Positions 46,970 to 57,938 are shown, numbered from the stretch's first letter. The stretch: DNA of 64,000 bases from Anaerolineae bacterium (GCA_040768685.1 JAXGMM010000003.1:129824-193823), one strand, 5' to 3'. Numbers and translations are program-made. The notes: generated by a model from the sequence alone, not told the origin.

Positions 46970-48007
46970 GTGGACTACACACCGACGCCTGACTTCAATC
47001 GATTGCTGAAGGCGCTGCGCCGGGAGCAGCCCGACCGCGTCCCCCTCTGCGAACTGCTGATGGATGCGGAGGCCAAAGAAGCATTCCTCGGTCGCCCCGT
47101 GCGCACAGTCGCCGATGACGTAGACTTCTGGTATCGCGCCGGCTACGACTATATCGGCCTCCCGCCCGACTTCAGCTTCAGCTACTGGGAAGGCGAGCCC
47201 GTCCGGGACGGATCAGCTCGCTATCAGCGTAGCTGGGGTCGCGAGGCCAGCGGCTTTGTCGCCGGTTGGGCCGACCTGGAGCGCCACCCCATCCCCACCC
47301 TAGACCTCGTCGACTTCTCTCCCTTCGATGAGATCGGCGACCTCCTGCCGGAAGGCATGGGCGTCGTGGCTCGTTTCGGGGACATCTTCACCACCGCCTG
47401 GCAGATGATGGGCTTCACCCCGTTCTGCTACGCCATGTACGAGCAGGAAGACCTGGTCGCCTATGCCATGGAAAAGCTGGGCGAGCTGGTCCTCGGCATC
47501 TTCCGTACCATGGCCGACTACGACGCGGTCGGCGCCCTGTGGTACAGCGACGACATCGCCTACGCCACCGGCCTCATGGTGACGCCCGATTTCTATCGCC
47601 GCTACTTGTTCCCCTGGATGAAGAGGATCGGCGACCTGGCTGCCGAGCGGGACATGCCCTACATCTATCACACGGACGGACTTCTGTGGGAGGTGATGGA
47701 GGACTTGATCGACTGCGGCATAGACGCCCTCCAGCCCATCGAGCCCGCCGCCATGGACATCCGCGAGGTCAAGCGCCGGTACGGCGATCGCTTGGCGCTG
47801 ATCGGCAACGTGGAGGTCGACCTACTGGCGCGTGGCGCCGAGGAACAGGTGCGCGCCGAGGTGCGCCGTCTGTTGCGGGAGGTGGCTCCCGGCGGCGGCT
47901 ACTGCCTCGGCTCCAGCAACACCATCGCCTATTATGTTGAGCCGGCCAACTACCGGGCCCTACTGGACGAGACCATTCGGCAGGGGGGCTACCCCATTTC
48001 CATCTAG
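46970..48007 (+). CDS. uroporphyrinogen decarboxylase (URO-D)-like family protein (MtaA/CmuA-type fold)
   Basis: Length 345 aa. Conserved blocks DRVPLCELLMD, GDIFTTAWQMMGF, YIYHTDGLLWEVMEDLIDCGIDALQPIEP and LIGNVE are typical of URO-D-like methyltransferase/decarboxylase TIM barrels. Confidence 0.7.
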   Translation: MDYTPTPDFNRLLKALRREQPDRVPLCELLMDAEAKEAFLGRPVRTVADDVDFWYRAGYDYIGLPPDFSFSYWEGEPVRDGSARYQRSWGREASGFVAGWADLERHPIPTLDLVDFSPFDEIGDLLPEGMGVVARFGDIFTTAWQMMGFTPFCYAMYEQEDLVAYAMEKLGELVLGIFRTMADYDAVGALWYSDDIAYATGLMVTPDFYRRYLFPWMKRIGDLAAERDMPYIYHTDGLLWEVMEDLIDCGIDALQPIEPAAMDIREVKRRYGDRLALIGNVEVDLLARGAEEQVRAEVRRLLREVAPGGGYCLGSSNTIAYYVEPANYRALLDETIRQGGYPISI

Positions 48008-48035
48008 CACCACCTCAGGAACGAGGAGGCAAAAC

Positions 48036-49199
<1,164 letters not shown>

Positions 49200-49221
49200 G
49201 CTCAACCAGCCCTAGACAAGG

Positions 49222-49248
49222 GGAGGCGCACCCGCGGGTGCGCCTCCT
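49222..49248. terminator. bidirectional intrinsic terminator-like hairpin between convergent genes
   Basis: GGAGGCGCACCC-GCG-GGGUGCGCCUCC is a perfect 12-bp GC stem, followed on the plus strand by UGCUCGUUG. A second hairpin CAGGGC..GCCCUG lies 20 nt downstream. Confidence 0.5.
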
Positions 49249-49278
49249 GCTCGTTGCCCTTGACAGGGCGTCCGGCTG

Positions 49279-50394
49279 TCAGGCCCTGCCCTTCCTCCCT
49301 CGCGGGAGCACCACGAAGAGGGCGTAGCTGACTATGATGATGCCTACCACTGTGGCAATGAACACCAACGAACTGTACGGCGACGGCTGCAGTAGCTCGG
49401 CGGCCGGATCAACCCGAGCCGCAGTTGCGGTCGCCACCGGTGTGGCGTCCTCCGCCATAGCCTGCTTCACGGGCGTCGCGGTGGCGGTGGCCTCCACTGT
49501 AGCCGTCATCGTCGGCTCGCTAACCGGCGCCGGCGGCGGCGTGGGCGTGTCCAGCGGAGATTCCCACGTGCTCGTCTCCTCCGCCGCGCCCACGGGAGTC
49601 GGCACCGGTGAATCGAGCACGGTGCCCTCGGGCGCGAGGGTAGCCACCGGCGTCGCCGTCGCCGCTTCCTCCACGGTAGGCGAGACCTCCACCACAGGCA
49701 GGGTCGCGGTCGGCGCAGGCGTGTCGGTCGGCAGGGCAGTGGGCGTACCGGTCGGCGTCGGCGTCTCGGTGGGCGTCGGCGTCTCGGTGGGCGCCTGAGG
49801 CGTGAACGTAGCCGAAGCCGTCTGCGTGGCGGTTGGCTCCGTCGGAGGCGCGTCGCCGATCCGCACCTCTGCCGCCCGGCCCCCTACCAGCATACGTGAG
49901 GAGTCCTGCCGAGCGAACACGGCTTCACCTACCTTCACGTGCACCGTGCCCGCCCTGAGGGCGCGCATGCGGAGCCGGAGTAGACGACCGTCGCCGGTTG
50001 CCGGTGTCGACGGCGGCACCTGGTTGTACGCCACCTCGATCAGCCCGGTGAAGTTGTCGGCGTTGTTCTCTAGCACGAAGTCCGGCTTGAGGAAGCTGCT
50101 TTCGATGGTAACCTGCGGCCCGATCACCAGTGGATCCTGGTCGACGACCTCCAAGTAGCCGGGCTCGAAGACAAGCTGAATCTCGACCGCGTATAGATCA
50201 ACGACGCTGTAGACCACCACGCTCAGGTCGAACTCCTGGCCGGGCTGCACCTGAAGTTCGGCCGGCTCAACGGCTACAATCGCCGGCGCCTGCGCTGCCG
50301 CCCTGCTCGTGCCCAGCGTGAGCGCCAGAAACAAGGCCATCGCCCAACGGGACATCATCCCCGCTATCGCATAGCACCGTGCACCAAGCCGCAT
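49279..50394 (-). CDS. surface-anchored protein with cohesin-like domain, Thr/Pro-rich linker and C-terminal TM plus basic tail
   Basis: Signal peptide MALFLALTLGTSRAAAQA. N-terminal beta-rich domain with cohesin-like pattern (FDLSVVVYSVVDLYAVEIQLVFEPGYLEVVD...NADNFTGLIEVAYN). Low-complexity TPTETPTPTETPTPTGTPT linker. C-terminus LVFIATVVGIIIVSYALFVVLPRGRKGRA. Confidence 0.6.
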   Translation of the reverse strand: MRLGARCYAIAGMMSRWAMALFLALTLGTSRAAAQAPAIVAVEPAELQVQPGQEFDLSVVVYSVVDLYAVEIQLVFEPGYLEVVDQDPLVIGPQVTIESSFLKPDFVLENNADNFTGLIEVAYNQVPPSTPATGDGRLLRLRMRALRAGTVHVKVGEAVFARQDSSRMLVGGRAAEVRIGDAPPTEPTATQTASATFTPQAPTETPTPTETPTPTGTPTALPTDTPAPTATLPVVEVSPTVEEAATATPVATLAPEGTVLDSPVPTPVGAAEETSTWESPLDTPTPPPAPVSEPTMTATVEATATATPVKQAMAEDATPVATATAARVDPAAELLQPSPYSSLVFIATVVGIIIVSYALFVVLPRGRKGRA

Positions 50395-50596
50395 CTAGGG
50401 TACCACCTCAGATCCTGGGCTATGCCGGCGTGCTGCCGGCGCGCCCTACCTCCGTCACCATACGGTAACGGTACACTTATTGTCGGCCGCGCGCCACAGC
50501 AACATGAGGACCGTCTCCGTCAGGCTGACCACTCTAGCGGCCGGCCGCTAGGATCGGGGCGCAGCCTTCCAGCTTTCTCCGACCAAGGGAGAGGAT

Positions 50597-51060
50597 CATG
50601 CGCCTGCCCATCGCCGAGCCACGGCCCGACGTGGAGCGCTTCCTCCGGTTCGTCACCGGCGTCGATCAGGGCGGTCGCCCCCTCTCATAGAGTACCTGGT
50701 CGACCGGCAGTTGATGCTCCCCAGCGTAACCGAGGGTTTGGGCCGCACTTGGGTGGACCCCGTACCGGGCGACGACATGGGCTTCCGCACCGCCACTCTC
50801 ATCTCGCCCGCCGACCTGCGCCGGCTTACCCTGCCCTGGCACGCCCGGTTCGCCGCCCTGGCGCACGAACGCGGTCGCCTCTTCTTCCTGCACTCCTGCG
50901 GCAACCTCGCCGCCATCATCCTCCACCTGCTGGACACGGCGCGCATCGATGGCAAGCACTCGTCCGAGGACGCCATCCTGCCGGCCGAGTGGTTCCACGC
51001 CCTCTACCAGGAGCGTGTCACGGGCGATCTCGCCTTGCAGAGCGTAGTCTGCCGAAACGG
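50597..51060 (+). pseudogene. frameshifted, internally deleted remnant of a URO-D-like gene (paralog of 46970-48007)
   Basis: A good RBS AAGGGAGAGGATC plus ATG at 50597 opens MRLPIAEPRPDVERFLRFVTGVDQGGRP, then a stop. The +1 frame continues PLIEYLVDRQLMLPS...LRRLTLPWHARFAALAHERGRLFFLHSCGNLAAIILHLLDTARIDGKHS. This aligns to N- and C-terminal blocks of the intact URO-D-like protein (RVPLCELLMD...; RYLFPWMKRIGDLAAERDMPYIYHTDGLLWEVMEDLIDCGIDA), but about 120 central residues are missing. Confidence 0.45.
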
Positions 51061-51366
51061 CCACCGCCTCGATGGACTCGCCGGCAAGCAGGTCACGATG
51101 CGAGCTGTAGGGCCTCGGTACGCGAAATCCATCGGCGATCTTAGCGCCGAGGCCGGGGCGGACCTCGGCCGGCGCGGCCGGTTCGCACGCCTCGATGAGG
51201 CTGAGATTGGGCAGGTGCACCCTCTACGCCATGAACCCAGCGCCCACATAGCCGATCCTAAGCCGTGCCACAGTGCCTCCCAGTACCGGAAACACAAGGG
51301 CCCCGGTGGCCTGGCGCATCCACAGGGGCCCTGGACTCGGCTTCCTCGCGCTCACGAGCGCTCGCG

Positions 51367-52230
51367 CTATCCCTTGACACCACTCAGAGTAATACCCTGC
51401 ACAACGTACCGCTGCATGAAGAGGAAGATCAGGAAGGTCGGAGTGAAGGTTAGCGTAGCGCCCGCCATCTGCACTCCGGCGCCACCCTCCTGCACCACCA
51501 TGGTGGCGAGTCCCACGGTAAGGATGCGCATGGTGGACTTGGTGGTCACGATGAGCGGATAGAGGAAAGCGTTCCACTCGCCCAGGAAGGTCAAGGTGGC
51601 GAGAGTGGCCAGCGCGGGCTTGGCAAGCGGCAGGATGACCATGCGGTAGATCTGAAACAGGTTCGCGCCGTCGATGAGAGCCGCCTGGTCGTAGTCTCGC
51701 GGAATGGTCAGGAAGAACTGCCGCAAGAGGAAGGTGCCGAAGATGGAAGTCGCCGCCGGAATGATCAGGGCCGCGTAAGTGTCCACCCAGCCGAGCCGCG
51801 AGAGGATCAGGAAGAGAGGCACAATGGTGACCGTGGACGGCACCATCAGCGTCCCCATGAAGATCCAGAATATGAGGTCGCGGCCGGGGAACTCCCCGCG
51901 CGAGAAAGCGTAGCCCGCCAACGAGCAGGTGGTGACCTGGAGAAGCGTGACCGTCGTGGCCACAAACACGCTGTTGAATATCCAGCGCCCGATAGCCGTC
52001 TGGTTGAACAGCCGGATGTAGTTCTCGATCCCCGGATCTGGCGGAATGAGGCTGATGGGGAAGGTCATGTAGCTGAAATTGGGCCGCAACGAGGCGGAGA
52101 CCATCACCAGGAACGGCCCCACAGTTGCCGCCGCGATGGTGAGGAGCAGCAGGTATACCAGCACTATGCGGACGCCGGCACGTAGCCGGAGGCCCGTGTC
52201 ATGCCGCTTGACTGAGGTAGCAGTAGTCAC
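51367..52230 (-). CDS. carbohydrate ABC transporter permease (MalG/AraQ-like)
   Basis: 6 TM. EAA-loop DQAALIDGANLFQIYRMVILPLAKPAL. Confidence 0.8.
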   Translation of the reverse strand: MTTATSVKRHDTGLRLRAGVRIVLVYLLLLTIAAATVGPFLVMVSASLRPNFSYMTFPISLIPPDPGIENYIRLFNQTAIGRWIFNSVFVATTVTLLQVTTCSLAGYAFSRGEFPGRDLIFWIFMGTLMVPSTVTIVPLFLILSRLGWVDTYAALIIPAATSIFGTFLLRQFFLTIPRDYDQAALIDGANLFQIYRMVILPLAKPALATLATLTFLGEWNAFLYPLIVTTKSTMRILTVGLATMVVQEGGAGVQMAGATLTFTPTFLIFLFMQRYVVQGITLSGVKG

Positions 52231-52244
52231 AGCCGCTCCTTAGG

Positions 52245-53174
52245 TCAGAAGATGGACTCAGACCAGCGCATGTACTTCCGCTGGATGAGCGACGCAATCA
52301 GAATGATGACGAAGAGCAAGAGCGAGATCGCACTGGCATAGCCCATCCGATAGCGGTTGAAGGCCTGCTGCCAGATATAGTAGACCATGGTGGTCGTGGC
52401 ATGGACCGGACCGCCGCCGGTGAGCATGTAGGGCGGGCCGAACATCTGGAAGGCGCCGATACCGGCGATGAGCGTGATGAAGATGGTGGTAGGCTTGAGC
52501 ATGGGAACCGTCACGAAGCGGAACATCTGCCACCGGCTGGCCCCGTCGATTCGCGAGGCCTCGTACATCTCCTCCGGGATCCCCTGGAGGCCTGCCAGCC
52601 AGAGCACCATGTAGTAGCCCATCGTGCTCCAGATCTGCATCACCGTGATCGAAGGCAGAGCAAGTCGGATGTCCAGCAGCCATTCCCGCGGGGCCAGGCC
52701 GATCTGGGAGAGTAAGTAGTTGGCGATGCCGTCTGGCCGCGGCAGCAGGATGAACTTCCAGATAATGGCGAGCACCGCGATAGACGTCACCACCGGCAGG
52801 TAATAGAGAGCGCGAAACAGGTACATGCCGCGGATCTTCTGGTTGACCAGCGTAGCGAGGCTCAGCGACACGGCCGCCGAGGGGATCACGAACATGATGG
52901 CGTACTGGATCGTGTTCAACAGCGCCTTGCGGAGAACCTGATCGTTCAGCATGCGCTGGTAGTTCTCCAGCCCGGCGAACTGGCGAGCCCCGAGCAGGTT
53001 CCAGTCCTGGAAGCTCAGGTAGATGAGGAAAACCCAGGAGAACAGCGTAAAACACACGAAGGTGAGCACATTTGGAGCGATAAAGAAGTACCAGCGCCAT
53101 CCCCGCCGGATTCGCTGCCCCAGCGAGTTCCGGTCTCCCCGTATTGAGCTGGCCTGAGCCGTCTGTGCAGTCAC
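52245..53174 (-). CDS. carbohydrate ABC transporter permease (MalF/AraP-like)
   Basis: 6 TM. EAA-loop EASRIDGASRWQMFRFVTVPMLKP. Confidence 0.8.
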   Translation of the reverse strand: MTAQTAQASSIRGDRNSLGQRIRRGWRWYFFIAPNVLTFVCFTLFSWVFLIYLSFQDWNLLGARQFAGLENYQRMLNDQVLRKALLNTIQYAIMFVIPSAAVSLSLATLVNQKIRGMYLFRALYYLPVVTSIAVLAIIWKFILLPRPDGIANYLLSQIGLAPREWLLDIRLALPSITVMQIWSTMGYYMVLWLAGLQGIPEEMYEASRIDGASRWQMFRFVTVPMLKPTTIFITLIAGIGAFQMFGPPYMLTGGGPVHATTTMVYYIWQQAFNRYRMGYASAISLLLFVIILIASLIQRKYMRWSESIF

Positions 53175-53266
53175 TGCAGTTAGTACCTCCCGGTGCAGGC
53201 TCTAAAACGGCGAGCGGTAGCCGGCTCCCAACGTGGCTACCGCTCGCGGCAAACAGCTAGCGTGCT

Positions 53267-54688
53267 CTAGGCACGCTTGGCGTTGAACTCATCGACCACG
53301 GTCTGCAGCTCGGCCTGAGCTCCGGCCAAGGCTTCCTCGACCGTCTGATAGCCGAGCACGGCCGCCTGGAAGTACGGAGCGCAGATGACCTTGCCTTCCT
53401 GCCAGAAGTACGACGAGTCCTGGTTCATCTCCAGGAGGTCTACGCGAATGGACACGAAGTCCTTCGAGGCCGCCTCTGCCGCCCAGTAGTCCCACGCCGA
53501 ACGGCGGGGCGGGGCGAACTTGGTAACGGAGCCGTAGAAGCCCTGCTGTTCCGGCTCGATCAGCCAGTTGAGCCACTGGGCCACCGCTTCCGGCGCCTTG
53601 CGCTCCTTGAAGACGCCCCAACAGCCGGCGCCGCCAAGTTGCACCTGGCGCTTGTTCTTCCACACGGGGTTAAGGCCGAACTCGATGTCCGGCGCCTGGG
53701 AAGCCGTGTTGGTGGTGACGTTGGGGTTGCCCCAGCCGCTGAGGGCCGAACGCCCCTCGATCCAGTAGTCCACTGCCGCGGCGCCTTCGGACTCGGCCTC
53801 GGAGCCGATGGCGCCCTCGCGAGGGACCCATCCATTGGTGAACAACTCGGTCGCGAAGCTCAGGGTCTCAAACGCAGCGTCGCTGTCCAGGAGCACCTTG
53901 GTCAGATCAGGGGTATAGACGTTCCCACCCGCTTGCCAGATCATGGTAACCCAGCAGTTACCCCAGTCGATGGTGCTCCAGGCCGTGAGGAAGTAGTTCT
54001 TCGCCGCGGCAGCCGCGCCTACGTTCCGCAGATCGTCCCACGTCGTCGGCGGGTTCTCCACGCCCAGCTCAGTGAAGATGCCCTTGTTGTAGATGTGGCC
54101 GGTGCCGATGAGCAGGGCCGGGTACATGACCTTCTGTCCTTCCCACGTGAGGCCGGCCTGAAGGTTTCCGTACAGATCGTCCCAGGCTTCCTGCGGTACG
54201 ATGTCGTCGAGAGGCATCAGAACGTCGTTGGTTCCGAACAGCGACAGGGTGTCGGTGTTCACATAGGCGACGTCGGGAGCTTCGCCCGCCGCGAACGCGG
54301 TGAGCATCTTCTCGCGCCGGCCGCCCCAAGGCAGAAGCTCGATGCCCAGGTTGATGTTGGGGTAGGTCTCGGCGAAACGCTTCCGCAGGGGCTCCCAGAG
54401 CAGCCCCATGTCGTCTTCGCCCTGCGGGAACACCCAGATCTTCAGATCGCCCGAGATGGTAGAAGGAGCCGCTGTGACCTCGACGACCACGGTCTGCTCG
54501 ACGACCTTCTCGACTTCCACTGTGGTCTCGACGACCTTCTCAACCTCCTTCACTACCTCGACAGTCTGGATCACTGTCTGCGGAGTTGGGGTCGCTCCGC
54601 ACGCCGCGAGGACTCCTGCGCCCCCTATGGCCAAACCGGTACCCAGCAACCGCCGACGGCTGACACGACCCATTGTTCGCTGAGACAT
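53267..54688 (-). CDS. ABC transporter substrate-binding lipoprotein (family 1, sugar type) with Tat-lipoprotein signal
   Basis: MSQRTMGRVSRRRLLGTGLAIGGAGVLAACG (twin-Arg plus lipobox). SBP_bac_1-like body. RBS GGAGGGAGGG directly upstream of the ATG at 54688. Confidence 0.8.
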   Translation of the reverse strand: MSQRTMGRVSRRRLLGTGLAIGGAGVLAACGATPTPQTVIQTVEVVKEVEKVVETTVEVEKVVEQTVVVEVTAAPSTISGDLKIWVFPQGEDDMGLLWEPLRKRFAETYPNINLGIELLPWGGRREKMLTAFAAGEAPDVAYVNTDTLSLFGTNDVLMPLDDIVPQEAWDDLYGNLQAGLTWEGQKVMYPALLIGTGHIYNKGIFTELGVENPPTTWDDLRNVGAAAAAKNYFLTAWSTIDWGNCWVTMIWQAGGNVYTPDLTKVLLDSDAAFETLSFATELFTNGWVPREGAIGSEAESEGAAAVDYWIEGRSALSGWGNPNVTTNTASQAPDIEFGLNPVWKNKRQVQLGGAGCWGVFKERKAPEAVAQWLNWLIEPEQQGFYGSVTKFAPPRRSAWDYWAAEAASKDFVSIRVDLLEMNQDSSYFWQEGKVICAPYFQAAVLGYQTVEEALAGAQAELQTVVDEFNAKRA

Positions 54689-55148
54689 AGCCCTCCCTCC
54701 CAGAATGGCATCCGACGGGGTGCAAAGAACGCGGTCCTCTTGCCGCCACCTAGAGCCCATGGCTGCCTGCCGGACCGCCGCAACCCCTCTTTGAAAGTGG
54801 CAACAGCATATTATACTACATCTCGACCGTCAAATGCCATGAAACCGATGGCCTGCGCAGGGCCGTTCGATTCTGCCGCTCGCCGGCGTAGCACCTAACG
54901 GTTCGCGCCCTGGGGGACTCGCTGCTCCCCTTCCCCAGATAGGATGGAGGGCCGCAAGCCGCGCCGGCGCCGCTTCCCCCTTCCCGCATCGGGAAGGGGG
55001 TTAGGGGGTTAGGTTCCAGGCCCGCACGCTCATCAGACTGGAACGAACGCCCCCATGGCCGCCCTCTCCAAACGCCCGCTGGGTGGCGTGCTCACCCAGG
55101 ATCGAAAGGCCCTGATGGCTAGTGGGAGTCCCGCCCTCCTGCTCGCTC

Positions 55149-55871
55149 CTAGAGCCCGAAAAGCTGCTGAGCGTTGCGGAACAGGATCCGTTCGCGCTCG
55201 TCTTCGGTAAGGTCGGCCGCCCGTATCTTGCCGAGGCAGTAGTGGAAATCGGAGTTGTCGGTTCCAAACAGCATCCGGTCGACGCCCACGTTCCGAGCGA
55301 GGACCTCCACCATGTCCGCTTCGGACAGGCTTCCGCTCGTATCGACATAGAGGTTGGGGACACCTCGGGCCGCCTTGGCCCCCGTCTCCCACTCGCCGCC
55401 GAAGTGCGCCAGCATGAATCGGGCCTTGGGGAAGCGGCTAGCCAGGTTGACCACATTCTGCGGCCGGCTCTCGAAAGCCATCTGGCCCTGCGTCTTCACC
55501 CAGGCGTGAGCGAGGACTACGGCGCCCGCCTTTTGTGCCACCTCGATGAGGGGGTCAACCCGGACATCGTCGGCCAACACCGAGATCCACAGCTTGACGC
55601 CCTTCATGCCGGCGGCAAGGCAGCGCTCAAGTTCGCGCACGCCCTCGTCGCCCAGGCGAGGGTTGACGTAGGCAAAGCCGATCACCCGCCCTGGGTACTC
55701 CTCCATCCAGCGCAGGACGCTGTCGTTGGCAGCGCGGAGCTGCTCCAGGTTGGGGAACGCACCGCCGATCAGGGAGCTGATGCAGATGACGTCGCACAGG
55801 CGGCGGTCCAGAAACCTCTTGGGCACATCCGGATCGCCGAAGTCGACGTGCAGATGAGTGTCGATGATCAT
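55149..55871 (-). CDS. amidohydrolase-2 family (PF04909, ACMSD-like TIM-barrel metal hydrolase)
   Basis: MIIDTHLHV (HxH) at the N-terminus, a later HAW-type His, and C-terminal DTSG/LFGTD motifs of the amidohydrolase 2 family. Confidence 0.75.
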   Translation of the reverse strand: MIIDTHLHVDFGDPDVPKRFLDRRLCDVICISSLIGGAFPNLEQLRAANDSVLRWMEEYPGRVIGFAYVNPRLGDEGVRELERCLAAGMKGVKLWISVLADDVRVDPLIEVAQKAGAVVLAHAWVKTQGQMAFESRPQNVVNLASRFPKARFMLAHFGGEWETGAKAARGVPNLYVDTSGSLSEADMVEVLARNVGVDRMLFGTDNSDFHYCLGKIRAADLTEDERERILFRNAQQLFGL

Positions 55872-55872
55872 C

Positions 55873-56646
55873 TCACTCTCCCAGCCCAAAGAGGCGGCAG
55901 GCATTCCCGCCCAGGATGGCGGCACGGTCTGCGGTGGAAATGGGTGCTTCCTTGACGGGCAACATCAAGCTCTCGGGGTACTGCAGGACGGCGCCCGAGC
56001 CGTAGAGAAGACGCTCGGCCCCGTGCTCACGCACCACCCGTTCCACCACAAAGGCGGGCGGCTTGTAGGACATCTCCCACCCAGCGTCAGCGACCAGGTC
56101 CATCTCCGACAGCAGGCCGGCGGCCTCCCAGAAGGTAACCTGGCTGAGAAGGTAGCGCCCCTGGGGAACCATCCGCATGAGGAAGCGAATGTCATCCACC
56201 GGCACGGGCGGCACATATATCCGCCGATGGTGAGAGCGTTCGTCGTGCATGCGAACCGTCACCACCACCGGCAGACCGAGGTCGGTGGCGGCTTGCGCCG
56301 CCTGTACGGCCTCGTCGGAATAGAGGCTGTAGTCGTGATAGTTGGGGATCAGCCGGAGGGCCACGCATCCCATGTCGGTTGCCATGGTCCTAAGGTCTTC
56401 CCGCCAGCCGGGGAAGTGCGGATTCACCACCGCGAGGGGCCGCATTCGCGCCCCGTCCCAGCCCTCATCCTCCAGCATCTCCTCCACGCCCGTGAGCGGG
56501 TCGCGGTAGAAGGGCCCGCTCAGGGGGCTCACTAGCGCCACGTCGGTGCCGGTGCGAGCCATAAGTTGGCCGAGTCCGGCGGCATCGGCCAGCCGAATCC
56601 GGCGGAACGGCCAGTGCCCTATCCAGGTGTTGGCATCCACTATCAT
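55873..56646 (-). CDS. amidohydrolase-2 family (PF04909) protein, paralogous neighbour
   Basis: MIVDANTWIGHWPF (the typical DxHxH variant) and C-terminal LYGSG. Tandem with the preceding gene, with a 1-nt gap. Confidence 0.75.
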   Translation of the reverse strand: MIVDANTWIGHWPFRRIRLADAAGLGQLMARTGTDVALVSPLSGPFYRDPLTGVEEMLEDEGWDGARMRPLAVVNPHFPGWREDLRTMATDMGCVALRLIPNYHDYSLYSDEAVQAAQAATDLGLPVVVTVRMHDERSHHRRIYVPPVPVDDIRFLMRMVPQGRYLLSQVTFWEAAGLLSEMDLVADAGWEMSYKPPAFVVERVVREHGAERLLYGSGAVLQYPESLMLPVKEAPISTADRAAILGGNACRLFGLGE

Positions 56647-57887
56647 CGCTTCGCCGCCTCCAGGCTCTGCCGCACTGCCTCCATCGCGACGCGCAGCGCC
56701 GCCGCCGTCTCCTCCATCACTCCCATGTCGTGAGAGTAGGAGATGTACCAGATGGGGAAGTAGGGGAAGACACCATTGAGCAGCAGCTCTCGCTGCAGGG
56801 TCCGGGCCATCTCCGGCGTCCCGTCCTGAAAGACGATGTTGGGTAGGGCGTCGAACCCCTGCCCCGCCACCCTAAGCCCCAGGTCAGCGCCTATAGCCTC
56901 GGCCTGGCGCTTGAGCCAACGCCCGCGCTCGGCGATGGCGCCGGTGGTGTCCTTCTCGCGCGCCTCACTGATCGCGGCTACCGCCGCTGCCAAAGAGCCC
57001 GTCTCGCCCCCGAACGTGGACGATATGGGCGTGCTGGTCCAGACCTGCATCACGTCCCGGCGGCCGACGACGGCAGCGATGGGGAAACCGTTCGCCATGC
57101 CCTTCGAGAACACCGCCAAGTCAGGGGTGACGCCGACAAGCTGTTGCACGCCGGCGAGCGCCACACGGAACCCAGTGACTATCTCGTCGTAGATCAGCAG
57201 GGCGCCATGCCGCTGCGTGATCTCGCGCGCCCGGCCAAGGTACTCGCCGATCTCGGCCGGCTCCACGTGGTACGGCGCCGCCACCACCATCGCCGCCACC
57301 TCGTCTCCCCGCAGGCGGAAGAAGTCCTCTAGGCGGTTGAGGTCGCCGTAGGGCATATCCACCGTCAGCGCCTTCACGCAGGCGGGAATGCCCTTCGTCT
57401 GCGGGTTCTTGGCCATGCTCCAGTCATGCCAGCCGTGGTAGCCGCAGGACACCATGAGGTCGCGATCGGTGAAGGTGCGGGCCAGCCGAGCGGCGGCAGC
57501 CGTGCCTTCGGCGCCCGACTTGAGGAAGCGGGCCATCTCCGCGCAAGGGATGACCTCGATGAGAAGCTCCGCCAGCTCCACCTCCAGAGGGTGTGCGCTG
57601 CCATAGACGAGGCCATCGCGCATCTGCTTAGCCGCCGCCTCAATCACCCGGGGGTAGGCGTGTCCCAGCGTAACAGGGCCGCAACCGAGCTTGTGGTCTA
57701 TGTAGCGGTTCCCGTCCAGGTCCCAGACGTAGGCCCCCTGACCCCGAGCAATGAACGGGGGATAGGCCCCGGCCAGGTCGGCCGGCGGCATCTTGGCGTT
57801 GGTCTGGCCCCCGCCCGGTATGACTTCAACGGCACGCCGATAGAGCGCCTCTCCCTTTGCCAAGCGCTTGCTGCTTCTTTCGCCCAT
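56643..57887 (-). CDS. class-III (omega-type) aminotransferase, glutamate-1-semialdehyde aminomutase-like
   Basis: GSAHPLEVELAE...SGAEGTAAAARLAR. LIYDEIVTGFR (PLP Lys region is downstream). Family-typical length of 414 aa. Confidence 0.8.
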   Translation of the reverse strand: MGERSSKRLAKGEALYRRAVEVIPGGGQTNAKMPPADLAGAYPPFIARGQGAYVWDLDGNRYIDHKLGCGPVTLGHAYPRVIEAAAKQMRDGLVYGSAHPLEVELAELLIEVIPCAEMARFLKSGAEGTAAAARLARTFTDRDLMVSCGYHGWHDWSMAKNPQTKGIPACVKALTVDMPYGDLNRLEDFFRLRGDEVAAMVVAAPYHVEPAEIGEYLGRAREITQRHGALLIYDEIVTGFRVALAGVQQLVGVTPDLAVFSKGMANGFPIAAVVGRRDVMQVWTSTPISSTFGGETGSLAAAVAAISEAREKDTTGAIAERGRWLKRQAEAIGADLGLRVAGQGFDALPNIVFQDGTPEMARTLQRELLLNGVFPYFPIWYISYSHDMGVMEETAAALRVAMEAVRQSLEAAKR

Positions 57888-57938
57888 TCCATCCTCCTAC
57901 TCGGTGCGGGCCGCTAGGCCCGCGCCGCTCATTCGAGA

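Noticed and set aside
49530-49800. Short tandem DNA repeats (ACGCCGAC/CGAGACGCC variants) considered as a possible CRISPR or VNTR
   Set aside because: They encode the Thr/Pro-rich linker (TPTETPTPTETPT) of the cohesin-domain protein. There are no regular repeat-spacer units and no cas genes in the window.
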